From Lytechinus pictus (lineage: Eukaryota), in the NCBI RefSeq assembly GCF_037042905.1, contig NC_087247.1, forward strand, positions 1,550,001 to 1,614,000: a DNA stretch of 64,000 bases. Direction: 5' to 3'. Shown here one piece after another: positions 25,917 to 38,181 of the stretch. A program made the translations under genes and the position numbers. Numbering within the stretch: position 1 is the first letter of the stretch; every line of letters begins with the position of its first letter. The notes under the pieces are model-generated. The model saw only the letters and a program-made list of their open reading frames with translations, did no database searches and was not told where the DNA came from.

Positions 25917-26559
25917 AAGGACAAGTCCGCTCCAACGAAAAATTAATTTGAATAAAAAGTGAAAAATCCAACGAGCATAACACTGAAAATTTCATCAAAA
26001 TGGGATGTAAAATATATTTCATCAAAATGGGATGTAAAAGCTACATATGGCACGTTAAAGTTTCTCTAAATTTCACACAACAGTTCTATGCACATCCTGG
26101 TCGGTATGCAAATGAAGGGACTGATGACATCACTCACTCACTATGTCTTTTGTATTTCATTATATGATATATGATTTATTCCCATTTTCTCCTCATTGTC
26201 CTTGAAACGAAGTTTCATTCCTCCCTGAACATGTGGAATTACCATCGCCTTAACATTTTATGGTTCAGTCAAGTTGGTCCTTATTGTCAAATCTGTAAAA
26301 ATTGAAATATTGTATTATTCAAACAATAAAAAACAAAATAAATAGGGAGTGAGGGACATCATCGACTCTGTCATTTGCATGTCATTGAGTTGTACATATA
26401 CATGTACATGTAACTGTTTTGTGAAAAAATAAGCGAAACTTTAAAATGTCATAACTTCCTTATTTTACATCCGATTTTGATGAAATTTTCAGCATTATGC
26501 TAGTTTGATTTTTCTCTATTTATTCGAATCAGCATTTTTCTGAGGTGGACTTGACCTTT
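25917..26559. mobile_element. MITE, same family as 19358-19944
   Basis: aaggacaagtccgctcc ... gaggtggacttgaccttt ends; shared internal sequence. Confidence 0.8.
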
Positions 26560-27074
26560 AAGTAAGCCCGATGGAGCACAATGTTGATCAAGTGAAAGAG
26601 AAAGCAATGTACAAGCATAATCATACAAATGCGAAATTTTCCATTCTAATTATTGGTGTTTCGACGTACAGATGAGAGACGAGATGATGTCATACTTTTA
26701 CTATTATATATCTATTTTTTTTACATTTTGTTATGAAGCTCCACCATATTTTTTTACGGAGAATTCATTACTTAAAATAACAGTAATGATGATTTAACAT
26801 GAGCAGCCAAATCATGTTTCACATTTTTGGAGCACAATAAATGAACCGCAATGAATTACTAAAAGGATCGTGACATCATCGGTTCCCGCCCGGTCACTGT
26901 TTTGTGAAATGATTAAAACTTAACATTCTCGTAATTTCCTTTGCATCGGAATTCATTGGTTTCATTTTCTTTATTGAGACCAATAATCGGTTGTTGCCCA
27001 GGACTTTTCATACATAACCATTAATGGCAAAAAGGGCTAACCACAGTAGTATGTGTTACCCGTTTATGCGGATG

Positions 27075-27311
27075 AAGGAAGTCAAACAGGATGTTTGAAC
27101 AAAGTGGTCGCACTCTTCCAATTCTCATGATCACTGTTCGGCTTTATCAAGTACATGTACGTCACCCAACGTGGATGTCAAAAACATCGCAGTCGCAAGA
27201 CCCGGGTCGTAAGAAAGTAAGTTGGTCCATATTGCAAACGGGATATAGAAGTTGAAATTTTGTTGTGTTTAGGAACCATTACCATTGCCTCTTTGGAATA
27301 AAGCATATCTG
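27075..27311 (+). promoter_or_regulatory. Putative promoter and 5' non-coding exon of gene C
   Basis: Homologous to 17040-17272; gtaagt donor at 27312. Confidence 0.55.
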
Positions 27312-28766
27312 GTAAGTATTACAGATATTCATTATTCTAGTAAATAATCCAACATGGTCCAATTTACCCATTGTCGAAGGATAACCGATGCACTAATATT
27401 GGGTAAAATTTTTACCACCACGAGGGTAATTATGTGTCCAACCAATTTGGGGCAGTATTTTACCCAATGCCGGAAGCATGTTCCAGTAAGGCTAAAAAAT
27501 AAGCAGCAATTACTTTAGAATAGGCAAAATTTTCATCCCATTGGATAAAGTGCCCAATGTTGGCTGGAAACATAATTACCCTCATGGAACACATCTAACC
27601 AATATTATTTAGAGTGTGGATGTTAAACTTCATTTATAACTCATAATTCTGAAATTTGTCTAAACAAAAATAGAATATTATCTTCAAATAAAAAAAAACA
27701 ATACACACCCACACACCAAAAAATATCATCATGAAAGTGGGCAGTGCTTATTTATACGACTGTTTGTAAAAACCTCAAGTAGTCGCATGATTACCAAACC
27801 AAGAAGCACTTGTTTGTTTGTGTTTTTTTTTCAATATTGAGATTGATTATAGCACAGTTGATACTTTGATATATCATAACCAAATCGTGTTTCAATTGGC
27901 TATTATTACCCATAAGAATAACCGACGTGTTAAGGTTACAAGGCACTTGTGTTATATGAGTGGACATGTCCGTTTTGTCTACTAGGTATTTGCCATTAGA
28001 GAAAAAAGTGATATCAATTTGCGGAAGCTGATGTGTTATCGAAACAAACTTTGGCCTTTATCGCTATCATATTGTCCAGTGATTTCTCCAAACTTTACAT
28101 ACTTGTATCATAGCGGTCGACTTCAGAAATAATTATTATCAATAGCCTTCGAAGCGGCTCCAGGATTTTCAGATTCAAGGGCACTATGGGAGGTTAAGGA
28201 ACTACAGCTGTATCGTACTTATTGATGGGTGGACTCCAGAAAGGCAAACAACCCATTTTTTTTCACCAAGAAGGAGGGCGCAGGGGCACTGATATTTGTT
28301 TTCGAGAATAAACAATTATGACTAAGGAAACAATACAAATAAAAACAAGATTGGACACAATTGTTGTTCACATGCCACTAGGGACAGTAGTAATGAAGAG
28401 TTAGTGATTAGATTTGTGTTGAGATGTGGTCTCGCGTTTGGGATGGTGAAAGACAAATCCCTGTGACCTGGTTCGAATCCCCACTGGTCGAACGATGAAT
28501 GATAAAGGAAAAACAGACTAGCTGGCAGACTTTACATTTTATATCCTATTATATGTTCAAAGTTGAGAAAAAATAAGCAACTATGTGCTCGCTTGCTTCG
28601 TTGGCTCGATATTTTTTTCAGAAATAATATATCGTATCCATAGCTTTAAACCCAAAAATAAAATATAATAAAAATCTGAATTTTCGAAGCTTTTCGCCAA
28701 TGATCAAGAGCAATATGCTTTTAATCACAGTCTCTGCAATTGTGAGTTTAACACCCTTATGCAGGA

Positions 28767-28828
28767 TGCACTCTATATATGTGGCCACAACTGTAGTGCA
28801 CTCTATATATGTGGCCACAACTGTAGCG
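28767..28828. repeat. 30-bp tandem duplication
   Basis: tgcactctatatatgtggccacaactgtag occurs twice in tandem. Confidence 0.9.
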
Positions 28829-29043
28829 CACACCTTTAAAATGACTGTGATTTATTTCCTAGGCTTGAATTACTTAAGGTGAAACTGACCCAATGTCCAG
28901 AATGCCCTGACACCAAAACTACCCGCTTTAACAGCTAGAACTTATACAAGAAAGTTTTATTGTGCAATACAGAAGAGAAAACGAGAAAAGTGCTTACTTG
29001 TGTTTCAATTTGTACCTGCAAGGTTCAGCGAGGGGTATGCGCC

Positions 29044-29141
29044 ATGCATCATCACTGGTTCACTGGGGTTCTTCTGATTGGGGTCTTCCTTACTCTTCCA
29101 AACTCCTTGGATGGCAGTGCAATCTGTGACGAGAGAAGAAG
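29044..29141 (+). CDS. Gene C first coding exon: signal peptide plus first EMI Cys (MHHHWFTGVLLIGVFLTLPNSLDGSAICDERR)
   Basis: gccATG start; gtaggt donor, phase 2; paralogous to genes B and D. Confidence 0.87.
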
Positions 29142-30888
29142 GTAGGTCGTTACATAATGTCCATCAATAACATGGGTAAAGGCAACTTGGTTTGAAAGAC
29201 AGATGAAAGTTAATTAAAATACATATTGGGGAAAGTTTGAATGAGTTCGGCCATACAATAAGAAAGATATAACTGTTTAACGATGCTATCATTCTTATGG
29301 GAATTTTAGTAGGCCAAAATGGTGATCCTTGGTTACGACGTTTTGATGAGAGAACTTCAACATAAAAAATTTGCTGCAATTGATCCTTTTTCCTTCCAAG
29401 CCTCAAGAAACGAGAAAATTTAAGTCAGACCTTACAAAGGGTTTTGTGAGAAACTGTGACAATAAACAAGATAAACTGCCTTCGTAAGTATAGAACTTGG
29501 GTAAAAATTATATGATTTAAGTACCGGTTGTTATACTACAAATTGGAAAATTTTCGTTTGTTTCTCGTAAATCTTCAACATATTCCTGATTTGAGATTGG
29601 TTTCGACTAATCATTTGGCGATCTCTGTTCATTCAAACATTCTAACTTATCGAATATACTGTCCCATTTTCCTTCAAGATTATACAGTCATCGTTTCTGA
29701 TTTATTCAGGGACCCCTTTTCATTGCTTTTACGTGGATAATTATATTACCAAGGACAATTGCCCTTTCAATGGATTTATCTGACGAATATCGATTTGAAG
29801 GTATCGTTGTTATATTGCTATTCTGACTTATTAGATGTCAAGAAAAAGGAGGAGTCTATAAAATGTATAGACCACTTCTAAGATGGCATTTTGAAGAGAT
29901 TGCCTGCCATGTGCCGGTTCTGAGTTTGTCGAATACGTGTCAGGTCTCTATTCACCCTACAATTAGGCCAAGTGATGGTATCTACAGAAAATTGACGAGC
30001 CAAAGTGCTCCCAGATAAGCTGGATGTTATAAACCTCCAAGGTTTAAATTTACATTATTTAGTTGATATGCTAAAGGCTGGCATGAGGTATCTACACGTA
30101 CTTTTGTTTTTCGTTCATGCGTTTTGGTTTCTGGTGGACATTTTGCTTTTAATCCATTACCTTTAAAATTGATGCATGGAGTTGTCTTTGTAGTTTAATC
30201 TATATAGTTTCACGAGAGTACCATTCACCTATATCGTTCTATTTTTTCCACTTCTATATTTGCATATATTTAAAGAACCTCATCATATTTTTTATCTTTT
30301 ATGTCAATAGATGTTTAATAATAGTTATAAGATATAACTTTATTGGTTTTAGACGATTCCAAGTGATGTGAAAGGTAATATTCTGATAAAGAAATTGACG
30401 TTCTCAAAATTTTCCTTTATCAGTTTATACAGAAAACATATAAAAATAGGACTTCCGTAAAATGAGAAGTTTGACGTAGGTTAGGGACTGGGAATTCAAA
30501 CACTAAACCATGGAAAAAGCGTGTTTATCATTAAAAAACTACTAGCATTCCAGGAAACTGGGTTTCATTTACTATCAGCCGTAGTTGTAAATGCATTTAC
30601 TGTAAGAGCCGGTATTCGGATTTATTCAAACATTTTACTATACGTTATATAAAACCGTAAAAATCAATAAAACAAGAATATTTGCGTTCATTAAATTTGC
30701 TTTTTCTCAATTACGAGAAAAGTATAGACCTGCAACGACTGATACTGATTCAGGTTATTTTGCAGTGCTTTATAAAAACATTATTATATATCTGTCAAGT
30801 TTAGAGTCCATCAAAAAATATGCAATGTTATTCACTAAGTCGTCATTATGTTTTCACTTTCTTGTTTTTTTTTATATACATAATTTAG

Positions 30889-30981
30889 CGAGCTTAGGAC
30901 AGTTAGTAGACGGGTAACAAGGACCCTTCAAGTCGCTACGTACTACAAATGCTGGTTATTCTGGACATGCACCACCTATAG
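30889..30981 (+). CDS. Gene C central EMI exon (SELRTVSRRVTRTLQVATYYKCWLFWTCTTYR)
   Basis: T-rich tract plus tttag acceptor; gtgaat donor; 93 nt, phase 2-2. Not listed in the ORF track. Confidence 0.87.
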
Positions 30982-31904
30982 GTGAATCTCGTTCATATCT
31001 TTCATTCCTTGGCTTCGAAATTTTAAGAAAGTTCTGAGTGACACGAAGGTTTATGTCAAAGTAAATGTCCGATGAATTATTACCAAGAGTATTTTTAAAA
31101 AACATGTACGTTAGAGAAATATTCAATACTATGAATCGTTGGAATACCATTATTTGTCTCTGTATAGGATTACAAGCAACATAAATATGCTTGAATTAAG
31201 AAAAGCCATATCGTATGAACAAAACAAAACAGTTTCAGTCATGATTAGTACCAATTATACTCATAAATTGTGGCTTTTCGACATATATATACTTTCATTA
31301 AAAATCTGCTTTGTCAAATATCGAAACCATTTAAAAGAAATATAGGCCAAAAGGAAAATTCAAACCTTTAAACCACTTCATACCCGTGGATGTATCTCAG
31401 CACGTACACTATCTCCAGCGTGAAATTCAGAAAGGATAGGGGGCTTCGGTGTCGGTCCTACAGCGTGTAAAGTTTTTGCTCCCTGGTCCTTTCATTAAAT
31501 TTGTTGTAATTACAAAGAGCAATGAAGTGAAATAAATCTAAACATTATTTTTTTCGACTGGGGGATTTTAGTTTGATACAGGGAAGGCCGGGTACAATTT
31601 TTTTTTATTGATTACGTAATATGTTGTTCGTGTTTACTTGATGTTGCTGTTTCCAATTAAAAACAGGGATATAAGTTATTCTCATAGAGAAATAGAATTG
31701 ATTTGTTTGTTTGTTGAATAGACGTCAAAATCTAAAATTTGCAACAACTAATATAATACCCGGTCTCCCCTAATAACAGATTTATTATGCAGTGAATATC
31801 AGAAAATTGATATGGCCCGTATTATGAACTCATTGCAATTTCAGCCAAATCTGTGCTAAAATTATGGAAAACAAGAAATGGAATTATGTCTTTACTTATA
31901 ACAG

Positions 31905-32020
31905 AAGTATCACAGGCTACACGGCCCAATATCAACTTCTAATGAGGTACTTCACCACAAATGTATGCTGCGATGGTTATATAGGGGATGCATCGCAGAA
32001 TCTCTGCCTTCCAATATCAG
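31905..32020 (+). CDS. Gene C C-terminal EMI exon (SITGYTAQYQLLMRYFTTNVCCDGYIGDASQNLCLPIS)
   Basis: aacag acceptor and gtatgc donor; 116 nt, phase 2-1. Confidence 0.88.
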
Positions 32021-32576
32021 GTATGCCCAGTTGTCCGAACAAGTACCCTTTCACCCGAAGACCTTCCAAACTTGTATATCTTAGAAATTGTTTGAATATG
32101 TTGATAGTAAATTTTAGCAAAAATACAAATGAAACGAATGCACGGTTATTGACAATATATATTTTGTTACATACAAACTTACTAAAGAGTCAGGACACCA
32201 GACTCTCAACATAGTTCCGTTCGATCCAGAATTCTGTCAGGTAGGCTTCGGGCAAAAATGATTGGTTGAAAACCAATAAATGACTAATCCTAATTCGTAT
32301 TAACCGTTGTATCATGGTCGAGCCCCAGATTGAAATAAATATTTGATATATATTTCTCTCTGGATGTATGTAGTCGACCCATTTAAAAATTGATCCTTCG
32401 AGGCTGTTGCCCCCATTTTACAATGATTTAAGGTGGGTTTTGTTAGTTATAATATCAAAACGTCATATAGTAATTCACCAATCTAGATATATGTCACTGC
32501 CATACTATGCGATGTCGATACACCTATACTTTTCCGCTTATAGAAATATTCGGTCGCTTGAAATTATCAAATACAG

Positions 32577-32928
32577 GACCAGATGAAAGTCTGTCTACGA
32601 CAACAGAAAGTCCATCTCTCAACCAAACATCAGAGAACGGTCAACCAGACGCTGTTCCAGATCGAAATGAAACGACGCTCGTAGGATCACCGAGAACTAC
32701 ACCCTTGACATCCAGTAGCAGCAACTTTCCCTTCTCAACGACAGAACCCAGTAACAGTACAGCTAGAGCAGATGGCGTAGGTATGATGTCTTCAAAGGCC
32801 CGACGACAGGCACTCATCATGATAAGCCTTATTGTTTTCTTCATCACCGTGGTCGTATTTTCAGTCGTAATGGGATGCGTGGTGTACCGACGACGGAGAC
32901 TTCGCAGAGTGCAGAGGAAGGTTGATAG
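32577..32928 (+). CDS. Gene C mucin-like stalk (NQT, NET, NST sequons) plus TM exon
   Basis: Lies in ORF 32507-32932; tacag acceptor and gtaacc donor; phase 1-2. Confidence 0.88.
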
Positions 32929-34396
32929 GTAACCGTAGATCCGTCATGCAATTCCGCCTTATTCTTTACATGAGGGAGTTTCCGCTTCCATGACGCACGA
33001 CAAATTCAAAAACACAGTAAATGTATTCAAAATTCCCATTATATCACAATGGACAGCTGGAAGGTCTGTTTAGAAATTGATGAACCGGAACAGAAGTTAG
33101 CTGACGAAAAATTCCAAATATCTAGTTTGTCCAGAGTCCAGGACGAAACTGCTGTTTTGATTCACCAATTTTCGACACAGACTTCTAAGTTGTCCCTTGT
33201 CATGAATGTATTTGAAATATATTTTCTATCTTCCTGAAAGCGTTCCGCGTCGCGGTGCAAAAACTCCTTATTGCATCAAATGTCCGTTGGTGATTTCCCT
33301 TCCTATTGGGTCAGATGCATAAAATTGCTTTAAGCACAAACAATTGCTTTATTTCATATGCATAACCCTTTGCTCGTGCATGAACCCTTTTCTTGCCTTC
33401 AGAAAGCAATTGCTAGCGGTTTGAACAATTATAGCGCCGTCACGTTGGTACGAACACGACTTCCAGAAAAGGCAGTACTCGAATGCCAAAGTATAGCAGT
33501 GCAAATTACCGCTTCTTTCATATAACATGTTTTCCTCGGACGTGATGTCAATCTAATTTGTTATTTTTGGACAAATTTATATATTTGTGGTAGATTTTGA
33601 CACAATATTCGGAAAATAGCATCATATTTCATCCTTATCCTTTCTTTTTATTTTTTATTGGTCGTGATTTTTTTTTTTTTTTTTTTTTTTTTTTGGGGGG
33701 GGGGGGGTGGGCAAGCCCTCTGTACGCCCATGACCGCTATCATCCTTTCACCAAAACCTGACAGGTAGTTATTACTATAGGCATGGAGCTTTATTACCAA
33801 TCCCCATGAACGTTCTGTGTCAGTCAGTAAAATCAGTCACCGAATGCGGGACTGGAGAATAATGACTGCAATCGATTTCCAAACAATGTTTCTTGAAAAT
33901 TAAAATCATTTGCCCGACCGACTTAGTGTCGCAGACAACTTGATGTATCAGCATCAACTGAGTAGACCAATTTTGTGTGATGATTTGATTTTTTTGTGTC
34001 AAAGCGTTTCACCCGATATAAGGGAGCGTTCAAAATAATGTTGATAAAAACCTATCTGCGCATAGCCAGTCCAAACTTAGCTCGATCCGTCCACCGCCCT
34101 ATTTCCTTTCCAACCCGCTTTCAAATGTTTCCTATTGATATTACCAGTTACACAATATCATTTTGTTGCTTTACCATGTGTACCATCATTCCCTAAGATG
34201 ATATTTAACATGCGGACCTTGTTCACAATCCGGAACCGGCTATCCAATAGTCCACAACAAGACTACATTCTACTTAGATTATGTTTTTACAATTAAATGC
34301 CTCTGAAAAGAAAACGTCTGTATCACCAAAGCAGCGAGATCGTTTTATTATGATTTTGTATAATTCTTATTCATTAATCTGATCACTCCCCTTTAG

Positions 34397-34443
34397 TTTG
34401 CACATGGAACCGCTACGTGATTTGCAACCTTTGTCAGAAACAA
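34397..34443 (+). CDS. Gene C cytoplasmic mini-exon (LHMEPLRDLQPLSET)
   Basis: ctttag acceptor and gtaagt donor; 47 nt, phase 2-1. Confidence 0.82.
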
Positions 34444-35236
34444 GTAAGTGAAATATATACGATCCATAAAACTGCAAAAGACGGGAAAGAAGGGGAATTA
34501 TTCAAGCATCTACTAAGGAACTGGTTGATCCATAGCCTTAAAAATATGATTCTTTTAAAATTATATTGAGTTTTCGTTACAGGACAAGACATTTCCAGAG
34601 AAAACTAAATAAAACAACATTATTCAGTCGAGCATGTACATAGAGGCAATAAATAAAGTGCCAATTTAGCCGCTCGTAAAAAAAACAAGATGGTTTAATA
34701 TGTTGCCATGTTCTCTATGTTATTTTGGCTTGATGATGCAATGAAAATGAAGAAGACTGAGAACAGTGTCGTTGTTGCATGCCTGGAATGGAACTCGATG
34801 TTGATCAGTGGTCCGTTTCAGAACACTTTCCCTCTTCCTAAAAGAAATAATTTACATAAACAGTTGTAGGCTACTGAAATCCTTCAATCTTATTGGCTGA
34901 TGATAAATTTGTTGTCGAAATTGTGCATGTGCTATTACAACAAGTCTTTGTGAAAAGGGACGCAGTTTTGTTCAATTGTTTTATTGTAAAAGTAAGCATA
35001 CTAGGAACTTTCTCGTCAAGTATTACATAGACTACATATGAAGTGGTTAAAGACGATGGTTTTACTGATTTAGGGAATATGGATGATGCAAATATCTGTT
35101 CGAAAGACACCTTTCGTTTGAAAGCAAGTTTATATGATTATTTTTTGGTAGACTGAAAAAAATGACTGAATAAATCACACAAGAACTAAATATCCTATAG
35201 GATATCACGTAATCAAAGAAGCAATCAAGTTATTAA

Positions 35237-35771
35237 ATTTTCGAATATTGACAAACAGAAATATAAATCCCTCTTTTCCCCTCTTTTCCATGCCTAAAGC
35301 TTCCCACATTCAACACTTTTCTCCACCCTCCGCACCAAACGATGAGTACGCAATCCCAGATAAGGCATCCAAGGTAACAACACCACCTAAAGAGGCCTCA
35401 CAAAACTATGAAAACACCTGCATTGACGGAAGACCACTTGCTAATGCCAAAGATCAGGCAAAAAGTGAGGGAAATCGCCCGACACAAACTTCCATGGATG
35501 GATTTTCGAATGTTGAGAAAAAGAAAAATAAATCCCTCTTTTCTCACCTCTTTTCCATGCCTAAAGCTTCCAACATTCAACACTTTTCTCCACCCTCTGC
35601 ACCAAACGATGAGTACGCAATCCCAGATAAGGCATCCACGGTAACAACACCACCTAAAAAGGCCTCACAAACCTATGAAAACACCTGCATTGACGAAAAA
35701 CCACTTGCTGATGCCAAAGTTCAGGCAAAAAGTGAGGAAAATCACCTGACACATACTTACATGGATGGATT
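35237..35771 (+). repeat. 265/267-bp tandem duplication spanning the intron 3' end and the start of the gene C last exon
   Basis: attttcgaat...ataaatccctcttttc...ccatgcctaaagcttcc occurs at both 35237 and 35502. Confidence 0.93.
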
Positions 35772-36714
35772 CGTTTGTGTAGAGACAAAAAAGGACAATG
35801 TTCCTAATACCAAGGAATCAATCCCTGACAATAATTACAACGAAGTCGATGAGATGCCAAGCAGTACAGCTAACCTGGAAGAGTGTTACACAGAAGTTGA
35901 TAATCCGCCATCAAGCTCGGTCGTCACCGACGTTGACATACAAGACCATAAGTATTACTACACTAAATTTGACACCTCGTCACCCAGCACTACTGAGTGT
36001 TATGCAGAGGTTTATGAGATGCAACCTAGCTCTGTTGATGTAGAGGGCGCTGTTCGAGATGAGTACGAAACAGTTGGGGATCAACAACTAACATACGATC
36101 ACATTGATCGAAGTTCTACCACAGGTAACTCGGAACCTGTGAACCATCACAAAGAAGGTTGTAGTAATGCAGGCGGAAAATATGGTGTCCTCGTACAGTC
36201 AAGCTCCGTGGAGTCACAAGAAAGTTACGACGTCTTCCAACGGAGTGTTTCGCAGACAGATAAATCTGGTGTTGATGGTTATGAGCCACTTCTTGCTGTT
36301 CCATCGCAGGGTTCAGCGACAGAACATTCAGTAGGCAACGAGGCGTACGACGATCTTGACAGAATGATGCCCAAAACACGAAAGAAGGGGAAAAACCTTC
36401 TCGAAAAACTGCGTCAGGGCACTAACACGACAGCTTATGGACATCTGGTGTCAAGCTTTGAGAGCGATACCAGTGAGACCAACAACTCTGTCATGGAGCC
36501 CATATATTCTAATCAAGACGCTGGACTTGCCGGAGACCGGGAATCGACCTACACAGATATGTCAGGCAGCCGTCCCAATTCTTTACTTCAGCGTGGTCTA
36601 AGCTTGAGGAGCGAGAGAACTGAGTTAGTAACGTACACTGAAATGTCACCTACCCATTTCTCGAGCAACTATTACAACGTCGATCTTGAAAACATTCATG
36701 AAAGCATAGATTAA
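35300..36714 (+). CDS. Gene C terminal exon: long Tyr-rich tail; spliced CDS 2121 nt = 706 aa (alternative in-frame exon start at 35567)
   Basis: Lies in ORF 35248-36714; pyrimidine tract plus taaag acceptor; homologous to the gene B tail. Confidence 0.87.
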
Positions 36715-37341
36715 AAGGACATAGACCTCACACAGAACTCAAACAGGAACATGTCGACCCGACCCTGGTGCCAGACGTGAATTAAATGTTTGCATTGCGA
36801 TTTCGGGAGTAATACTAAATCGATCTACAGTACTTTGCATAATTTCCTCCATGCATTTCTTGATCTTCTGAATAGTCAATGGATGTTATCAACCCCTTCC
36901 GAACCTTCTTAAGTGCTAGTACACCGAAACACACCACACCATTAATGTTAGGACCGTAAATTTGAAAATTTGATTGATTTGATTTTCCAAGATGCTTAAA
37001 TCAATGCGATTGCCATTTATTACGGAAATCGGATCTCTTGATTAAACGAGGTGAAGGGAAAAAATATAAGTTATTTGATATGAGAAAATTCCTTCTAAAA
37101 AAAGAACATTTTTTTCATTCACTACCTTTACTCGTACACTAGCCTATTCAGGAATGATATTCTATTTACTGTTATATGTATCTCCGACCTATATCTGGGA
37201 AAAAAATATAAAACGACGAAATGTATGCATGTTTAAACTATCAAGGGTGCAGCTTAAATATGAATCCCAATTTCAATGTACATTTTGTTTTCAAGAAGGG
37301 TTCTTAATAGTTTCACTGACACCCATTCAGGTAATTCACTA

Positions 37342-38181
37342 CAGTGCGAGTCAGAAAAAATGTTACACTTTTTAAATTAAGTATTTTTTAAAGAAAATGT
37401 GGAATTTAGAGAGAATTTCTAGCATGTATGGATAGAATAAATATTCTTTTGTCACTTGGTAAAATTTGCTTGAGTGTTGTTGTCATGGTGAGTGCACAAC
37501 AGCCATTGTTTGAAAAAGTGTCAACACCCATTTGCGCTAGGTCAGGTGATTACCTGCTGAAACAGAGACAAAAGCATTCACACAATGAGCGTACAGTGTA
37601 TGCATATGTTTAGTAATCAAGAAAAATAAACAAGAGAACCAGTAAATCAATAAATCATCTTTACTGAAAAGTTCAATTTCATTGTCATTTTGGCAACGAC
37701 TTGGGCAAAGCTTCCCGCCTTCAATCTTCCACATGTTGTCCATTTCTCTCGATGCACTTCTGAGCTCGATGGAGCATTGCTGCCATGGCCCTGCAAACTG
37801 TCTGGCTGTCTTTGTCTGGGGGTACCTGAAGTCAAAAGTGTACAGCACCCTACCTGCAGATCTGGATGACTTGCAGCAGCGCACCATCAGAGCTACATAA
37901 TAAACATACAGTACAGTACGCATAAACCTTACGCTTATTGTTTGTGTGAATGCGTTTGTCTCTGTTTCTGCAGGTAATCACCTGACTTGGTGCAAATGAT
38001 TTTTAACACTTTTTCAAACAATGGCCGTGGTGCACTCAACCATAATAACAACACTGAAACAAATTTTACCGAGTGACAAACTAAGGAATATTTACTCTAT
38101 CTATACATACTAAAAATTCTCTCTGAATCCCACATTTTCTTCAAAAAATTAAAAAGTGTAACATTCTTCTGACTCGCACTG
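37342..38181. mobile_element. Tc1/mariner-type non-autonomous element with about 270-bp TIRs and a transposase remnant
   Basis: TA|cagtgcgagtcagaa ... ttctgactcgcactg|TA ends; internal VWGYLKSKVY motif typical of mariner-like transposase C-termini. Confidence 0.85.
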
